DNA from: Chloropicon primus
Taxonomy: Eukaryota
Assembly (NCBI GenBank): GCA_023205875.1
Contig: CP060767.1
Location: 62,001 to 126,000, forward strand
Length of the DNA: 64,000 nt
Direction of reading: 5' to 3'
Shown: positions 44,244 through 55,673 of the stretch, in pieces
Numbering within the stretch: position 1 is the first letter of the stretch
Layout of the letters: every line of letters starts with the position of its first letter
Program-made: the position numbers and the translations under genes
The notes under the pieces: model-generated
Database searches by the model: none
What the model was told of the DNA's origin: nothing
Seen by the model: only the letters and a program-made list of their open reading frames with translations

Positions 44244-45518
44244 ATGTCTGCCGCGGGGGGGAGGATCACCGCCGGAGCGGGTGCGAACCTGCTGGGCCAA
44301 AACCATCACGACAGGAACCAGGATGCGACGTGTTACGTCGGGAACCTCGAGCGCCAAGTCACCGAGGAGATCCTTTGGGAGATCTTTGTCCAAGCAGGTC
44401 CGTTGGTGAACGTGTATCTGCCCAAGGACAGGATAACGGGAGCACACCAAGGCTATGGCTTTGTGGAGTTCAAGGGGGAGCAAGATGCGGACTACGTAAG
44501 TGAAGAGTCTCGTGCGGACTTGCTTGTGGTGTCTTTCTTATCTTTTCTTTTTCACGACAACGCTGGGAGGGGAGTTCGAGTGCCTGCGTGTGGTAGGGGG
44601 GATCGCGGCTATGATGAACAATATCCGCGCTTCTGATATGTTCTTACATATGTGAAGTACAACTGGATTAATATGGTTGAATTTCTTCAACTGAGCCAAA
44701 GATCCTCCCCACGGAAAAGCTCTCTCGAACTGCTTGTGTCGCCGAGACGGTCGCTTGGCGTCGAACGTGGAACTGACTCTCTTTTTCTTATTTTTTTTGG
44801 TCCCGTCCAACAGGCCATGAAGATCTTCAACATGCTGAAGCTGTACGGCATGCCCATCAAGGTGAACAAGTCGTCGCAGGACAAAGGCTTTGCGGACGTG
44901 GGCGCCAACCTCTTCGTGGGGAATTTGGACGGCGAGGTGGACGAGAAGTATTTGTACGACACGTTCTCTGCCTTTGGAATGGTGACGAAGACGCCCAAGG
45001 TGGCGAGGGACCCCGACACGGGCGAGTCCAGAGGCTTTGGCTTCGTGAGCTTCCGGACTTTTGAGGCGTCCGACGCCGCTATAGAAGCCATGAACGGCCA
45101 GTTCTTGTACAACAGGCCAGTCACGGTGAGCTATGCCTTCAAGAAGGACTCGAGGGGGGAGAGGCACGGCACGCCTGCGGAGAGGCTCCTGGCGCACAAG
45201 AACAGGGGCTTGGGCGAGCAGAGGCCCCACACCATGTTTGCGGCCGGGCCAGGTCAAGTGACTCCAGGCCACCAGGGAGGCGGCATGCCGCCTCCGCCTA
45301 TGCCTCCGGGAGGGGTCTTCCCTCCTGGCGGGCTTCTGCCCGGGATGCACATGCCCCCCCCTCCAATGGGCATGGGAGGTGGATACATGAGGCCGCCCCC
45401 ACCGCCAATGATGTACACTAACGGAGGGCCACCCCCACCGCCGCCGATGAACATTCATCTTCCACCCGGGATGCAAATGCAGCCAATGCAGCCACCTCCG
45501 CCTCCACCACCGATGTGA
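44244..45518 (+). CDS. SF3B4: Splicing factor 3B subunit 4, join(44244..44495,44814..45518)
   Basis: [45 protein letters not shown], Pro-rich tail. Confidence 0.96.
44607..44697 (+). ncRNA. Intronic C/D box snoRNA, U36a/snR47-like, dual guide for LSU rRNA
   Basis: GGCT, ATGATGA (C, 44611), ATCCGCGCTT, CTGA (D', 44633), GGTTGAATTTCTTCA, CTGA (D, 44691), GCC. Guides complement the conserved LSU stretch UGAAGAAAUUCAACCAAGCGCGGGU. Confidence 0.88.
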
Positions 45519-45611
45519 AAACAGAGGAAGCGTTGGTGACGAAGTTTTGTATGTAGATTATTCAGACTGTAAGAATAGAATATAAACTACTTTTATTTTA
45601 GAATACTATTT

Positions 45612-48600
45612 TCACTGGTCTTCGTCGTCTTCGTCGTCCTCCTCCTCATCGTCCTCCAGGCCTTCCAGGAGCTCGTCTACATTTTCACCAAGCGCCTCCA
45701 GCCTTTCTCTCAGGATTTCTGTCTTCTTCTCCTCCTGGCCCAAACAAACCAAGAGATCGTTCATGGACTCGTCCGCTTCAGCCATGGCATCCTCCTTTGC
45801 CTTTTCTATTGCCGCCTCGAGGTCCTCCTGACTTGTCTGTTCTTGCGATGCGGCCGCCGACGCAGCAGAGAGCTTGGACTGCATGTCCCGCAGCTTCGTC
45901 TCCAGCTGGTAAATTTCCTCATCGCAATCGGCAGCAGCTTCGTTTCTCGCATTCTCCGTCGCCTGGTTTAACTCCTCTTCTGTGTAAGCCTTGGATGAAT
46001 TTGACTCGTACGCCTCAAAAATCTCCTTGTACTGAGCCTGGCTCGTCTGCAGCTGTTCTTTCAAGGACTCCATCTCCAGGTCGTGCTCTTGATCCTTAGT
46101 TCTCAGCGCCTCCTCCATCTCGAGCTGGGCGTCTTGCCGAGTCTTCGCTTTCATCTCTTCGAGCTCAGAGTTACTCACAGCTGCTGCGGAAGACGCCCGT
46201 GCATTTGACCTCTCCTCCTCCAATCTGTTCTTGAGATCAGTCGCCTGGAGCTTGAGCTGCTCGTTAGCTGCCTCGGAAGCGTCCCTCAATTCAGACATCT
46301 CGGTGCAGGCTTCGTTTGATCGATCCAAGTCGGCCTTCATTGCCTGGAGCTGGGCCTCGTACTTTGCCTCAACCTCTTTCACCGCCTCACTTGTTTGAGC
46401 GCTCTCATCTTTGTCTTTCAGCTGCTTTTCCATTTCCTGCAATTTGGATTCTAAGCTAAAGCTGTGCTCTTCCAGGTTATTGTAAGCATCCGCGAGGTCT
46501 TTCAGGTCATTCTCATGCTTGCCGCTTTCCTCCTGGATGCTCAAGGTTTTGGCCTCCTCCTCCTTCAGCTTTTCTGCCGACAAACGAAGCTGCCTTTCGA
46601 GGTCCTCGACCTTTTTGTCCGACTCACGCAGAGCAATGTCCAGCTCGGCTTGCTTGGCCTTACTGGCGATGAGTTCGTCTTTATCGACTTGCTCCTTCTT
46701 CTGCGATTCTCCGGTTCCCTCGGCGTCTTGAGAGGAAGAAGAGGTGACCGTCTGGCTCATGGCAAGAAGATCAGTAGCGAGGGACTCGTTTCTTGACCGA
46801 AGCTGCTTGATCTCGTCCTGCAACTTGCGAACGACCTCTGGATCCACGTTGTTGTCTCCTGACTTTGCGTCGGGCCCACTTGGTGCTTGGTTCAAATCGG
46901 GTCCGGAATAGGAATTGACGATGCCTTGCCTGACCAGCGGCTGCAATTCCTTCACCTCAGCGGAAAAGGATGAAGAAAAAATCGCGTGGAACCCGAAAAA
47001 CTCCTGGATAATCTCCAGAAGCGGCTGGGGCGCTGGGGAAGAGACAAGGCTAAAGCAGGCATCCACTTCCTTCTTTGTAATTACCTTTGAAGTTCTCAAG
47101 GGATGCAAACCTTTCTTGAATTCTGTGGAGCTTGTCATGTCCTCCCAAGTGCAGAAGAACTTATGGAGACCCACGTGCTTGCTCACGATGTCGAGGACAG
47201 AGCTCGAAGTGTAAAACATGCTCGTGCTCTTGGTCTCTACCTTCGCCAGCACGCACATTCCAAGCACAATCGAAGCCAGGCCTTTGGTCATGGCGGAACC
47301 TCCGTCTCCCTTTGCGATCAGGTCGACCACCAGGGGTATATTGGACGGCGAAGAGAAGAACTTCTCGACCGAAGAAGTGCTGTCTCGGAGCCACACGCAA
47401 AGGAGCTTGAGGACAGCTTGGCAGAGGGGCCCGTCCTTCCCACCTTCTCCCTCGCTCGAAATGACCCGCACAAACTTAGACAAGACGCCCATGTCCACCC
47501 TGTCCTTGGCCAGAGTGCTGCCATCCAGAAGAATTGCCATCACGAGGGCCGCCTGCCGTCTGCTGACCCCATCTCCCGCTGAGATGGCTTTGAGCAGATT
47601 TGTCCCAAAAGTGCCCAGCGACCCGTCACCTGCCAGCAATTCGCTGTCTTCCATGGAGTGGACCGTAGACGCGAGCACCGCCTGTCCCGTTTCGTTTTCT
47701 TCACAAAAGGAAGAGATCGTCTCGAGTGCTGCGTCCCTCTCGAATTTGGATTTGGACCCAAGGCACCTCAAAAGGATCGCCAGCAGAACCGGGACGTCTT
47801 CGTACGTGTGGTTCACAGTCCAGCGCACCGTCATTCCCGATATCGAATCTTTTGCGATGGAATTCTGCAACAGCAAGCACGAAAGAGTCCTGAATGCCTG
47901 GCCCAGGACTGCGTACGTCACTCCTCCGGTCTCCGAGGCCTCGTCCCCCTTTTCTTGGCCCCGTTGCTTGCAGGTCAAGTCGACCAAAGTATCCATGAGG
48001 TTGAAGCATTCTAGCATGTCTTGAGTCATCTTGCGGTCATTCTTGCTGGAGCAGCTGGGCGGCCTCAGCAGCACATTCAGGACCTCTAGTGCCAGGAATA
48101 CAACCTTTGGATCGACGCTTTCGTCTCCATCCGCCCCGCTGCCCGAGCTCGCAGGGAGCAGGCCGAGAAGTTTCTGAAGGTGCCCAGACTCCCTGAAGAG
48201 GAGCTGATTGGACGAGTTCTGCGTGAGGAGGTGGATGAGAAGCTCCAAGCAGTCTTGGGCGATCACTCCGCTCTTCTGTTCCTTGCCAATAATTGCGAAG
48301 ATGTGGTCAAACGCCCCCTCGAATACGACGAGTTTTTGGATCTCCATGGTGGCCTTGCACAAGCCGACGAGCAACAAAAGCGACTCGTTTCTCTCGACCT
48401 CCATGATCTCATCAGAGCCAAGCAGGTCCATCAGCTTCGCCACCGCAGTCGGAGACCCCAAGACATGCTGCTGGATCGCGTGAGAATGAATCAGGAGCAA
48501 GCTGTTCAGGCACTTGAGGGCGTTGTACCGCGTGTAAAAGTCCGATATGGGCTGGTTTGTAGCCAAAAGACCAAAGAGCATGTCAAGGTTCTTCCCCTCC

Positions 48601-49037
48601 CTGCAAAAGAGTTCCGCCACCACGATGGAAGCCCTATCGAGCTCCCGTGCCGCATTCTTCGCTGCCTCCACCTTGGACCCCTCCTCCCCCTCTCCCTCTC
48701 CCCTCCAACTCGCCAACTCCTCTAACGCTTTGGGCTCCACCCTCACGCTCAAGTTCAGCAGCTCTAACACGCCTCGTATCGCCTCCACGTCGTTCCCGTC
48801 CTCCACGATCACTTCCCGTACCACAGGGAAACCCATTTGGCCGAACGCCTCCCTCGATGCAGGCGATTCCGTCACCAACTCCTTCAACTTGGTGGTGGCC
48901 ATGGCTCTGTCTTCTGGGATAAACCCCGTCGCGATGCGTTCCAAAAGAGCCTCCACCGCTTCGGTGACTTCATCCTCGGGTCCGCTTCCGAGGACCACAT
49001 CCCCCAATCCTTTCGCCACCGCTCCTAGTACGTTCAT
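45612..49037 (-). CDS. USO1: USO1/p115 vesicle tether (golgin candidate 6)
   Basis: EDRAMA, DFYTRY, RNESLLLL, IQKLVVFEGAF, DCLELL..LL..N.SNQ..FRE, long coiled coil, DLLVCLGQE, acidic tail. Confidence 0.93.
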   Translation of the reverse strand: MNVLGAVAKGLGDVVLGSGPEDEVTEAVEALLERIATGFIPEDRAMATTKLKELVTESPASREAFGQMGFPVVREVIVEDGNDVEAIRGVLELLNLSVRVEPKALEELASWRGEGEGEEGSKVEAAKNAARELDRASIVVAELFCREGKNLDMLFGLLATNQPISDFYTRYNALKCLNSLLLIHSHAIQQHVLGSPTAVAKLMDLLGSDEIMEVERNESLLLLVGLCKATMEIQKLVVFEGAFDHIFAIIGKEQKSGVIAQDCLELLIHLLTQNSSNQLLFRESGHLQKLLGLLPASSGSGADGDESVDPKVVFLALEVLNVLLRPPSCSSKNDRKMTQDMLECFNLMDTLVDLTCKQRGQEKGDEASETGGVTYAVLGQAFRTLSCLLLQNSIAKDSISGMTVRWTVNHTYEDVPVLLAILLRCLGSKSKFERDAALETISSFCEENETGQAVLASTVHSMEDSELLAGDGSLGTFGTNLLKAISAGDGVSRRQAALVMAILLDGSTLAKDRVDMGVLSKFVRVISSEGEGGKDGPLCQAVLKLLCVWLRDSTSSVEKFFSSPSNIPLVVDLIAKGDGGSAMTKGLASIVLGMCVLAKVETKSTSMFYTSSSVLDIVSKHVGLHKFFCTWEDMTSSTEFKKGLHPLRTSKVITKKEVDACFSLVSSPAPQPLLEIIQEFFGFHAIFSSSFSAEVKELQPLVRQGIVNSYSGPDLNQAPSGPDAKSGDNNVDPEVVRKLQDEIKQLRSRNESLATDLLAMSQTVTSSSSQDAEGTGESQKKEQVDKDELIASKAKQAELDIALRESDKKVEDLERQLRLSAEKLKEEEAKTLSIQEESGKHENDLKDLADAYNNLEEHSFSLESKLQEMEKQLKDKDESAQTSEAVKEVEAKYEAQLQAMKADLDRSNEACTEMSELRDASEAANEQLKLQATDLKNRLEEERSNARASSAAAVSNSELEEMKAKTRQDAQLEMEEALRTKDQEHDLEMESLKEQLQTSQAQYKEIFEAYESNSSKAYTEEELNQATENARNEAAADCDEEIYQLETKLRDMQSKLSAASAAASQEQTSQEDLEAAIEKAKEDAMAEADESMNDLLVCLGQEEKKTEILRERLEALGENVDELLEGLEDDEEEDDEDDEDQ

Positions 49038-49515
49038 ACCCTCCAACCCTTCGCCACTTCCACGCCTCCTCTCTCCTCTCCTCTCCTCGCTCTCCGCTCT
49101 GTTCTTCCAGTTTTTGAAAATGCTCTCTTTGAAGGGAGAGAGGAGAGAGAGAGTCGGTGATGGTGGATTGGATGGAAGAGGGAAGAGAACGAGTAAGGTG
49201 TGTGTGTAAGTGTAAGTGTGAGTGTGATTGCCACCCACCTTCTCACTTACTTCTTCGGTCTCTGTCTCTGTCTGGTCTGTTGATGGTGAAGGGAGAGAGA
49301 GTGTAAGTTTTTTGTGTGTGGTAGAGGAAAACGGACGGTTGTCGGGGGGGTTGGAACGGGGGAAACGGACGGAGCGTGGCGGGGTGGACAGGCGCACCTG
49401 GAGCCCTCCCAACCTTCACATTTATAGGCAGAGAAATAAATTACAATTCGAGCACTACTGCAACAACAAAGGCTTCCCGTCAGCCCTCGCGGATTGCGAC
49501 GACGTCTGCTCCCTA

Positions 49516-50130
49516 TTAGAACGCGCGCGGGCTCTTATTATACGAGCCAGTGGTGCCGCCAGCGTTCTTGTTGGAGCTTTCCTTTTCTTGCTGCTTCATC
49601 GACCGCTCCAGCTCCTTGTATTTTGTGACGATCTCTTGACTATTCGTTTCCAGCACGAGACCTCCCGTGATCATCTGGTCCAGAATGAGGCCGGCTTTCT
49701 GCTGGTTGAATATAATGTCCAGCTCGCAGACGTTCTCGAAGCTCTTGTCCAAGGTCTCCACGTAAACCTGGATCAAGTCCAAGATGCCAAGCTCGCTCTC
49801 CGCCTTATCGCAGATGACTATAAAGTACAAGGTCGCAAAGTGTCTGTAAATCAGCTGGCTGTCCCCGCCGAAGAGGTTGTCGTCCTCCACGAAGTTGCAA
49901 AGGTCGTCCAGGCGCTTGGACACCAACCTGTACGCATCCTCAATCGCTTTCTGCTCGGAAACCAAAACCAAAACCAAAACGAAATGAAAGTCAGGGTCCA
50001 CGAGTCCACGCTGCTGGCTCGCTCTTGCGTCGTTCCGCCTTACCTGCCGTTCCTCGTTGGAGAGGCGCTCGTAAAACTTGATAAGCCTGGGCTTGCCAAA
50101 GTTATTGATGACCAAGAAGCATCGAATCAT
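49516..50130 (-). CDS. AP3S: AP-3 complex subunit sigma, complement join(50044..50130,49516..~49953)
   Basis: MIRCFLVINNFGKPRLIKFY, CNFVE, LIYRHFATLYF, ESELGILDLIQVYVETLD..FENVCELD. Confidence 0.93.
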   Translation of the reverse strand: MIRCFLVINNFGKPRLIKFYERLSNEERQVRRNDARASQQRGLVDPDFHFVLVLVLVSEQKAIEDAYRLVSKRLDDLCNFVEDDNLFGGDSQLIYRHFATLYFIVICDKAESELGILDLIQVYVETLDKSFENVCELDIIFNQQKAGLILDQMITGGLVLETNSQEIVTKYKELERSMKQQEKESSNKNAGGTTGSYNKSPRAF

Positions 50131-50137
50131 CTTTGCC

Positions 50138-50327
50138 CCTCCTCTCCCTCTCCCTCTCGCCTGTCGATGCCTCACCTCTTTCGGGTCCTCCAATCCTCAC
50201 CCTTTCGCCTCTTCCTTCAAGCGAGGGCTCGTTGGAAAGCCCACGAGACGCAGGTTCCTTGTACTTCAACCTCCGTCTCTCTCTTCCCCCACCGTGCGCG
50301 TCCAGACCCCTCGAAACTCCGCTTCCT
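50138..50327 (+). repeat. ~190-bp dispersed repeat, copy 1 (inverted relative to 57214..57404)
   Basis: Reverse complement of 57214..57404; one mismatch seen. Confidence 0.93.
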
Positions 50328-50667
50328 TCTGTCGTCCCTCTGGCGTGGTTCTGTCTAAACCTTGGGTTGGGGGTTTCTCTTCTAGTACCAAATTTGCGAG
50401 TATTGGTTCGTTCGATAAAAGACGTTCCCCTCTGGCGGCGGCGGAGAGAAAACAGAAGAGAGAGAGAGAGAGAGAGAAGAGGAGAGGGGAGGGTACAACC
50501 CGAGAGGCCGGAGCGCACATCAAGTCGAGGCGCATCATCACCCACGAGGCAACACAACTCACAACTCAAAACTCAAGTGAACTCACTCACTCTTTCATTC
50601 ATTCACTCATTCATTCATTGAATTGGTTGAATTGGTTGAATTGATTGAAGCGGTTTGGCTGGTGAAG

Positions 50668-52140
50668 ATGTCGAAGATGAGTTTCGTGTTGTACGAATCT
50701 GCATCGGGGTATGGGTTGTTCGAGTTGGTGGCCCTGGATGAGATTGGAACGAAAGCGAAGGATGTGCAGAAAACGATTAGCGACTTGAGCAGGTTCTCGA
50801 AAGTGATGAAGCTCAAGGCGTTCCAGCCTTTCACGAATACGGCGGGAGCTTTGGAGGAAATTAACGCCGTGTCGGAGGGAATTATGACGGAGAACTTGAA
50901 GGACTTTTTGGTGAGGAACTTGCCGAAAGCATCCAAGGAAGGGAAGAAGGCCAAATTCACATTGGGAATGATTGATGCCAAGCTCGCGAATGCGGTCCAG
51001 GAGGGAACCGGGTTGAAGTGCGTGTGCGACGAGATTGTTGGGGAGGTGCTGAGGGGAGTGAGGAACCACTTGACGCACTTCATCAAGGGATTGAGTGACA
51101 TGGACTTGAACAGGTCTCAGCTTTCCTTGGCGCACTCGTACTCGAGGGCCAAGGTCAAGTTCAACGTCAACAAGGTTGATAACATGATCATCCAGGCCAT
51201 CAGTTTGCTCGATATCTTGGACAGGGACATCAACACCTTCATCATGAGAGTCAAGGAGTGGTACTCTTGGCACTTTCCAGAGCTCGTGAAGCTCGTGACG
51301 GACAACTACATGTTCACCAGGACTTGCTTGCTGATCATGAACAGGAAGACCTTCACGGAGGACAAGGTCGAGAAGCTCACTGAGATTGTTGGGTCCGAGG
51401 ACCTCTCCAAGGACATCTTGGCGGCTTCCAAGCACTCCATGGGTCAGGACATTTCGGACTTTGACTTGCTGAACATCGAGAAGTTCGCCAAGAGGACGAT
51501 ATCTCTCGCGGAGTACAGGCAGACGCTCCACGAGTACCTCATCGAGAGGATGAGCAGCATCGCTCCAAACTTGGCGGAGCTGGTGGGAGAGCTCGTGGGC
51601 GCCAGGCTCATCAGTCACGCGGGTTCGCTGACCAACTTGGCAAAGTATCCAGCTAGTACCGTGCAGATCCTGGGAGCCGAGAAGGCCCTTTTCAGGGCTC
51701 TTAAGACCAAGGGCAACACCCCAAAGTACGGTCTGATCTTCAACTCGACTTACATCGGAAGGGCCAGCCAGCAGAACAAGGGAAGAATCTCGAGGTATCT
51801 CGCGAACAAGTGCAGCATTGCGAGCAGGATCGACTGCTTCTTGGAGCAGACCACAAACGTTTTTGGCAAGAAGCTCAAGGACCAGGTGGAGGAGAGGCTC
51901 AGGTTTTACGAGGACGGAACCGCGCCAAGGAAGAACGTGACGGTGATGCAGGAGGCCATGGGAGACCTGGAGGAGCAATACCCCGAGGCGAAGACTCCAA
52001 GCTCATCCAAGAAGGACAAGAAGAAGAAGAGGAAGTCAACGGACTCGATGGACGTGGACGGCGAGGACGCCGATACCCCCTCGAAGAAGAAGAAGAAGAA
52101 GGACAAGAAGGACAAGAAGAAGAAGAAGAAGGACAAGTAA
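50668..52140 (+). CDS. NOP56: Nucleolar protein 56 (C/D snoRNP)
   Basis: LYESASGY, LAHSYSRAKVKFNVNKVDNMIIQ, LAKYPASTVQILGAEKALFRALK, KGRISRYLANK, KKD tail. Confidence 0.97.
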   Translation: MSKMSFVLYESASGYGLFELVALDEIGTKAKDVQKTISDLSRFSKVMKLKAFQPFTNTAGALEEINAVSEGIMTENLKDFLVRNLPKASKEGKKAKFTLGMIDAKLANAVQEGTGLKCVCDEIVGEVLRGVRNHLTHFIKGLSDMDLNRSQLSLAHSYSRAKVKFNVNKVDNMIIQAISLLDILDRDINTFIMRVKEWYSWHFPELVKLVTDNYMFTRTCLLIMNRKTFTEDKVEKLTEIVGSEDLSKDILAASKHSMGQDISDFDLLNIEKFAKRTISLAEYRQTLHEYLIERMSSIAPNLAELVGELVGARLISHAGSLTNLAKYPASTVQILGAEKALFRALKTKGNTPKYGLIFNSTYIGRASQQNKGRISRYLANKCSIASRIDCFLEQTTNVFGKKLKDQVEERLRFYEDGTAPRKNVTVMQEAMGDLEEQYPEAKTPSSSKKDKKKKRKSTDSMDVDGEDADTPSKKKKKKDKKDKKKKKKDK

Positions 52141-52281
52141 GCCCTGCTCCGTCTTTCTTGCTCTTGGGCTCTCGTGTTTGTCTGGGCCCCTCACAACCAG
52201 CACGATGTATCTTTTCAACTTTCTAAATGTATTTTATATAGAAAAACGTTAACAGCAACCCTTGTCTCTGGCCAAAGATCG

Positions 52282-53580
52282 TCAATTCTCGTCATCCTTC
52301 GCCATGGCCACGTAAGCCTGGATCTCCTCCCCAATCGTAAGCACCGCGGGCTTGGGCTGCTCCCTCTCGAAGTCGTTGTAATCCACGAAGACGAGTGGCA
52401 CGCCCTCCCTGGGCACAGCCAAGGAGACCTTTGTCCCTCCGGTCCCCGGAACTTCCCCCGTGAATTTTGGCGTCAGCCCCGCGGCAACCAGCTTCTCTTT
52501 CCTCTCGTTCACGTCCTTATCCAGCACCGCGATCTTGATGGATTGGACGGAGCTAGCCTCCTTGGAACTCGACTTGGGGACCAGCAGGATCCCCGTGTTC
52601 TCGTCCGCGGCCCCGTAAGTCATCAAGACGGACCCCTTGATCCTAGCGGGCTCGAACCGGCCCACCTCCTTGTCCCCGTAACTCCTGTCCGCAGCCATGC
52701 CAAACACCCTCTCGTAGTACTTGGCGGCAGCGTCCACATCGTTCACGTAGACGCCGACCAAGTCAAAGGGATCCCTCCTGTTCTCGATGTAGACGACGAC
52801 CTTGTACCCATCCGGCGCGGTGATCTCAAAGTAACCGAAGCCAAAGGTGATGTCGCCCCCGGAGTTGGCAACCCGGTTGACCCGCAGGGAGTTCGACAGA
52901 GCGAACTGAAAGAACTGTCCCGAGTTGTCTTGGGTCGTGCTTGGGTTCTCCACGAGCTCGAGGGCGAACTTTCCGCCATCCGCCGCGGTCAGTGTTTCCG
53001 GCCCAAAGCTCACGAAGGCTTGGTTTCCCCTCGTCCGGTTCACTTTCATCCCGAGGCCCTGCGTCCAGAATTTCACCGATTTGTCGAGGTCCTTCACCTC
53101 CAGGACCGCGTGCTGAAGGAAGTTTCGGCTCCCGTCTACCACGCCTTGGCGCGTCCTGCTCACGAACTTCTCGTTGATCTCGTAAGCCTTGATCTGCGTC
53201 TCGAGCAGATTCTTCTCCGCCAGCGCGAGCTCGTCCTTGTTGTCAGACTTCTCCAAGGTCGAGAGCACCGCCTTGAGCTCGCCCCTCCTGATGTCCAGGA
53301 TGCCCAACTCATCCGCGAGCGCGACAGCGGGGAAGAGGGACGACAAGCTAGGAGCACAGAGGAGCGAAGCTATCGTCGCGAGGGCATCCCTCCTGGACGA
53401 TGACGAAGCTCGAATGAAGCCCGGAGCAGAAGCCCTCTCCGACGACGACCGCACAACCGCCCTTTCTCGTGCCCCGACCACACACCCGCAGGATGGTGGC
53501 CGCACCACTCCTCGACCGATCCAGACCCCATCGCAACCCGTCCTCGCAACCCCCTTGCTCGCTCTCGCCTCCCTCACCAT
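52282..53580 (-). CDS. Two-domain VOC/glyoxalase-like protein with plastid plus Tat-type presequence
   Basis: LQHAVLEVKDLDKSVKFWTQGLGM, FALEL, APDGYKV, VNDVDAAAKYYERVFGM; SRRDAL-hydrophobic-ALA signal. Confidence 0.8.
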   Translation of the reverse strand: MVREARASKGVARTGCDGVWIGRGVVRPPSCGCVVGARERAVVRSSSERASAPGFIRASSSSRRDALATIASLLCAPSLSSLFPAVALADELGILDIRRGELKAVLSTLEKSDNKDELALAEKNLLETQIKAYEINEKFVSRTRQGVVDGSRNFLQHAVLEVKDLDKSVKFWTQGLGMKVNRTRGNQAFVSFGPETLTAADGGKFALELVENPSTTQDNSGQFFQFALSNSLRVNRVANSGGDITFGFGYFEITAPDGYKVVVYIENRRDPFDLVGVYVNDVDAAAKYYERVFGMAADRSYGDKEVGRFEPARIKGSVLMTYGAADENTGILLVPKSSSKEASSVQSIKIAVLDKDVNERKEKLVAAGLTPKFTGEVPGTGGTKVSLAVPREGVPLVFVDYNDFEREQPKPAVLTIGEEIQAYVAMAKDDEN

Positions 53581-54390
53581 CTTCCGGGTGTAGGCTCGGC
53601 TGGTTCCAAACCTTTCCTCGACGGCAAAAAAAGTCAAGCGAGTCAAACTAATCGAAAGATCTCGTGGAACGCCCCTTCGGTCCTCGCCAGAAGGCCTCCT
53701 CAATCCCCTCACCCTCACACCCACACCCACACACTCACACTCCGACCGTCCCCGTCCTACAGCGAAGCCAGCTCTAGTGACTTCGCAACTCCCCGTCGAC
53801 CACCGACCTCGTCAAGGGATGCGAGTGAGACGACCACCGATGGAAAGCTCGTGAGATGATCTTTCGATGGGTGCCTTCGATGACTCGCGTGACGCGCGGT
53901 TGCGTACGTCAAGGCTTCGTCCAGTTGTGTCGCTCGTCGGAACCCAATCGTCAAATCACGATCGAATCAAACCCCAAACTCCAGGACGTGATGGAGCGAG
54001 GTTGGGGTCAACCGAGGTGTCGATGGAAAGATCTCGAGCTCTAGTTTCGTTAGAACACCTCCTCTCTTCCCTATTCTCCCCTCCCTTGCCGTCGTCACCT
54101 CTTGTCCTCCTCCTTCAGCGCCCGCAGGTCTGACCTCTGCAAACCTCAGTTGAGGATAAAGTTGTGGAGTTTCTCAGCCACACGACGGAAGGAGGTGAGT
54201 TCCAATCCAATGGAAGGAGTTCCGCGCAACGGAAGCGGTCAAGACAGTAACCAATCGAAAGAGCGTGAGACGATCTTTTCAATGAGCGGTCGCATGACGC
54301 AAACAGGTTCCTGAGACGTTTGCTTTCGTTCGTTTTGTCCTCGATCGGCTTGGCGTGGCTTGGCATGGGCAAGGGAGAGGAGCGAGAGCC

Positions 54391-55631
54391 ATGGCGCCGA
54401 TCGTCGGGTGGTTGGAGGATGCTGTGCGCGGGATGACGAGAACGCGAGTGGTGTTCGCTCTCGCTGGATTGACGTTCGTGGTGACGTTGAATGGGATGGC
54501 GAGGAGGAGGAGGAGGAGGAGGAGGGGAGGGAAGAAGGGCACCGAGGGGGAGGAGCAAGAGAAGCGGAAGGGGAGGGCGGCGATGGATTTGTCGTTGAGG
54601 TCGATGGATTTGACCAAGCCGGCCCTTAGTTACCTCGATGTCTTCCTGGAGGCCCTCGGGAACCAGTGGACGCCCTCGATGAACAAGGAAGAGGGCTACA
54701 TTTGCTTGCTCATAGCGGAGAACAAGTTAACGACGAGTTTGGTCAGCAAGCGTTTCAAGCAGGTCAAGACGGTCCCTGATTCAGTTTTTGCGTACACTTC
54801 GTTCAGGGGCGAGCCTAGGTTCAGGCAAGCTGTGGCAAACTACGTTGAGATGACGTTCTGCCCCCAAGCAAGGATCGATCCGGAGAACCTTGCGATCTCC
54901 AGCGGCTGCGGCGCGGTCATCGAGAACGTCTGCTTCTCGGTGTGCGAGGCTGGGGAGGAGGTCTTGATCCCATCGCCGTACTACCCTGCTTTTGACAACG
55001 ACTTGCGAGTTCGGTCGAGGGTGCTGCCCGTGCCGGTCCTGTGCTCGACGGCGACCTTTCCCCTTCCCTCGAACGAGGATCTGGACAAGGCCTTTGCGGC
55101 TTGCAGGAGCCCGAGGATATTGCTTCTGACGAACCCGCACAACCCGCTTGGGGTGGTCCTGGAGCCTGAGGAGGTGATGCGCTGCGTGAAGTGGGCTCTG
55201 CAGAGAGGAATGCACGTCGTCTCGGATGAGATTTACGCCAACAGCGTCCACGGGGCAGCAGACGGTGCGGAGTTCAAGTCAGTCATAGCGATGATGCCAG
55301 AGCTGTCGGGCATGCTCGGCAAGGAGCTCATCGAGGAGAGGGTGCACACCATCTTCGGGTTCAGCAAGGATTTCTGCGCTTCTGGATTGAGGATTGGCTG
55401 CCTTCACACGAAGAACTTGCGGCTCCTTGCGGCGATCGACAACGTGGGTTACTTCGGCGGGGTTTCCGGTCACACGGCGCACATCATGACGGAGGTTCTC
55501 GAGGACAAGTCCTTCGTGAAGAAATTCGTTCAAAAGAACCAGGAAAACTTGAGGAAGAGCTACAACACGTTGGTGTCCAAGCTGAAGGAGGCCGACATTG
55601 GTTTCCTGCCCGCGGGTGCTGGGATGGTAAG

Positions 55632-55673
<42 letters not shown>

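Noticed and set aside
49038..49412. N-terminal extension of the USO1 ORF
   Set aside because: Translation of microsatellite-rich 5' flank from a non-ATG start; family similarity begins at ATG 49037.
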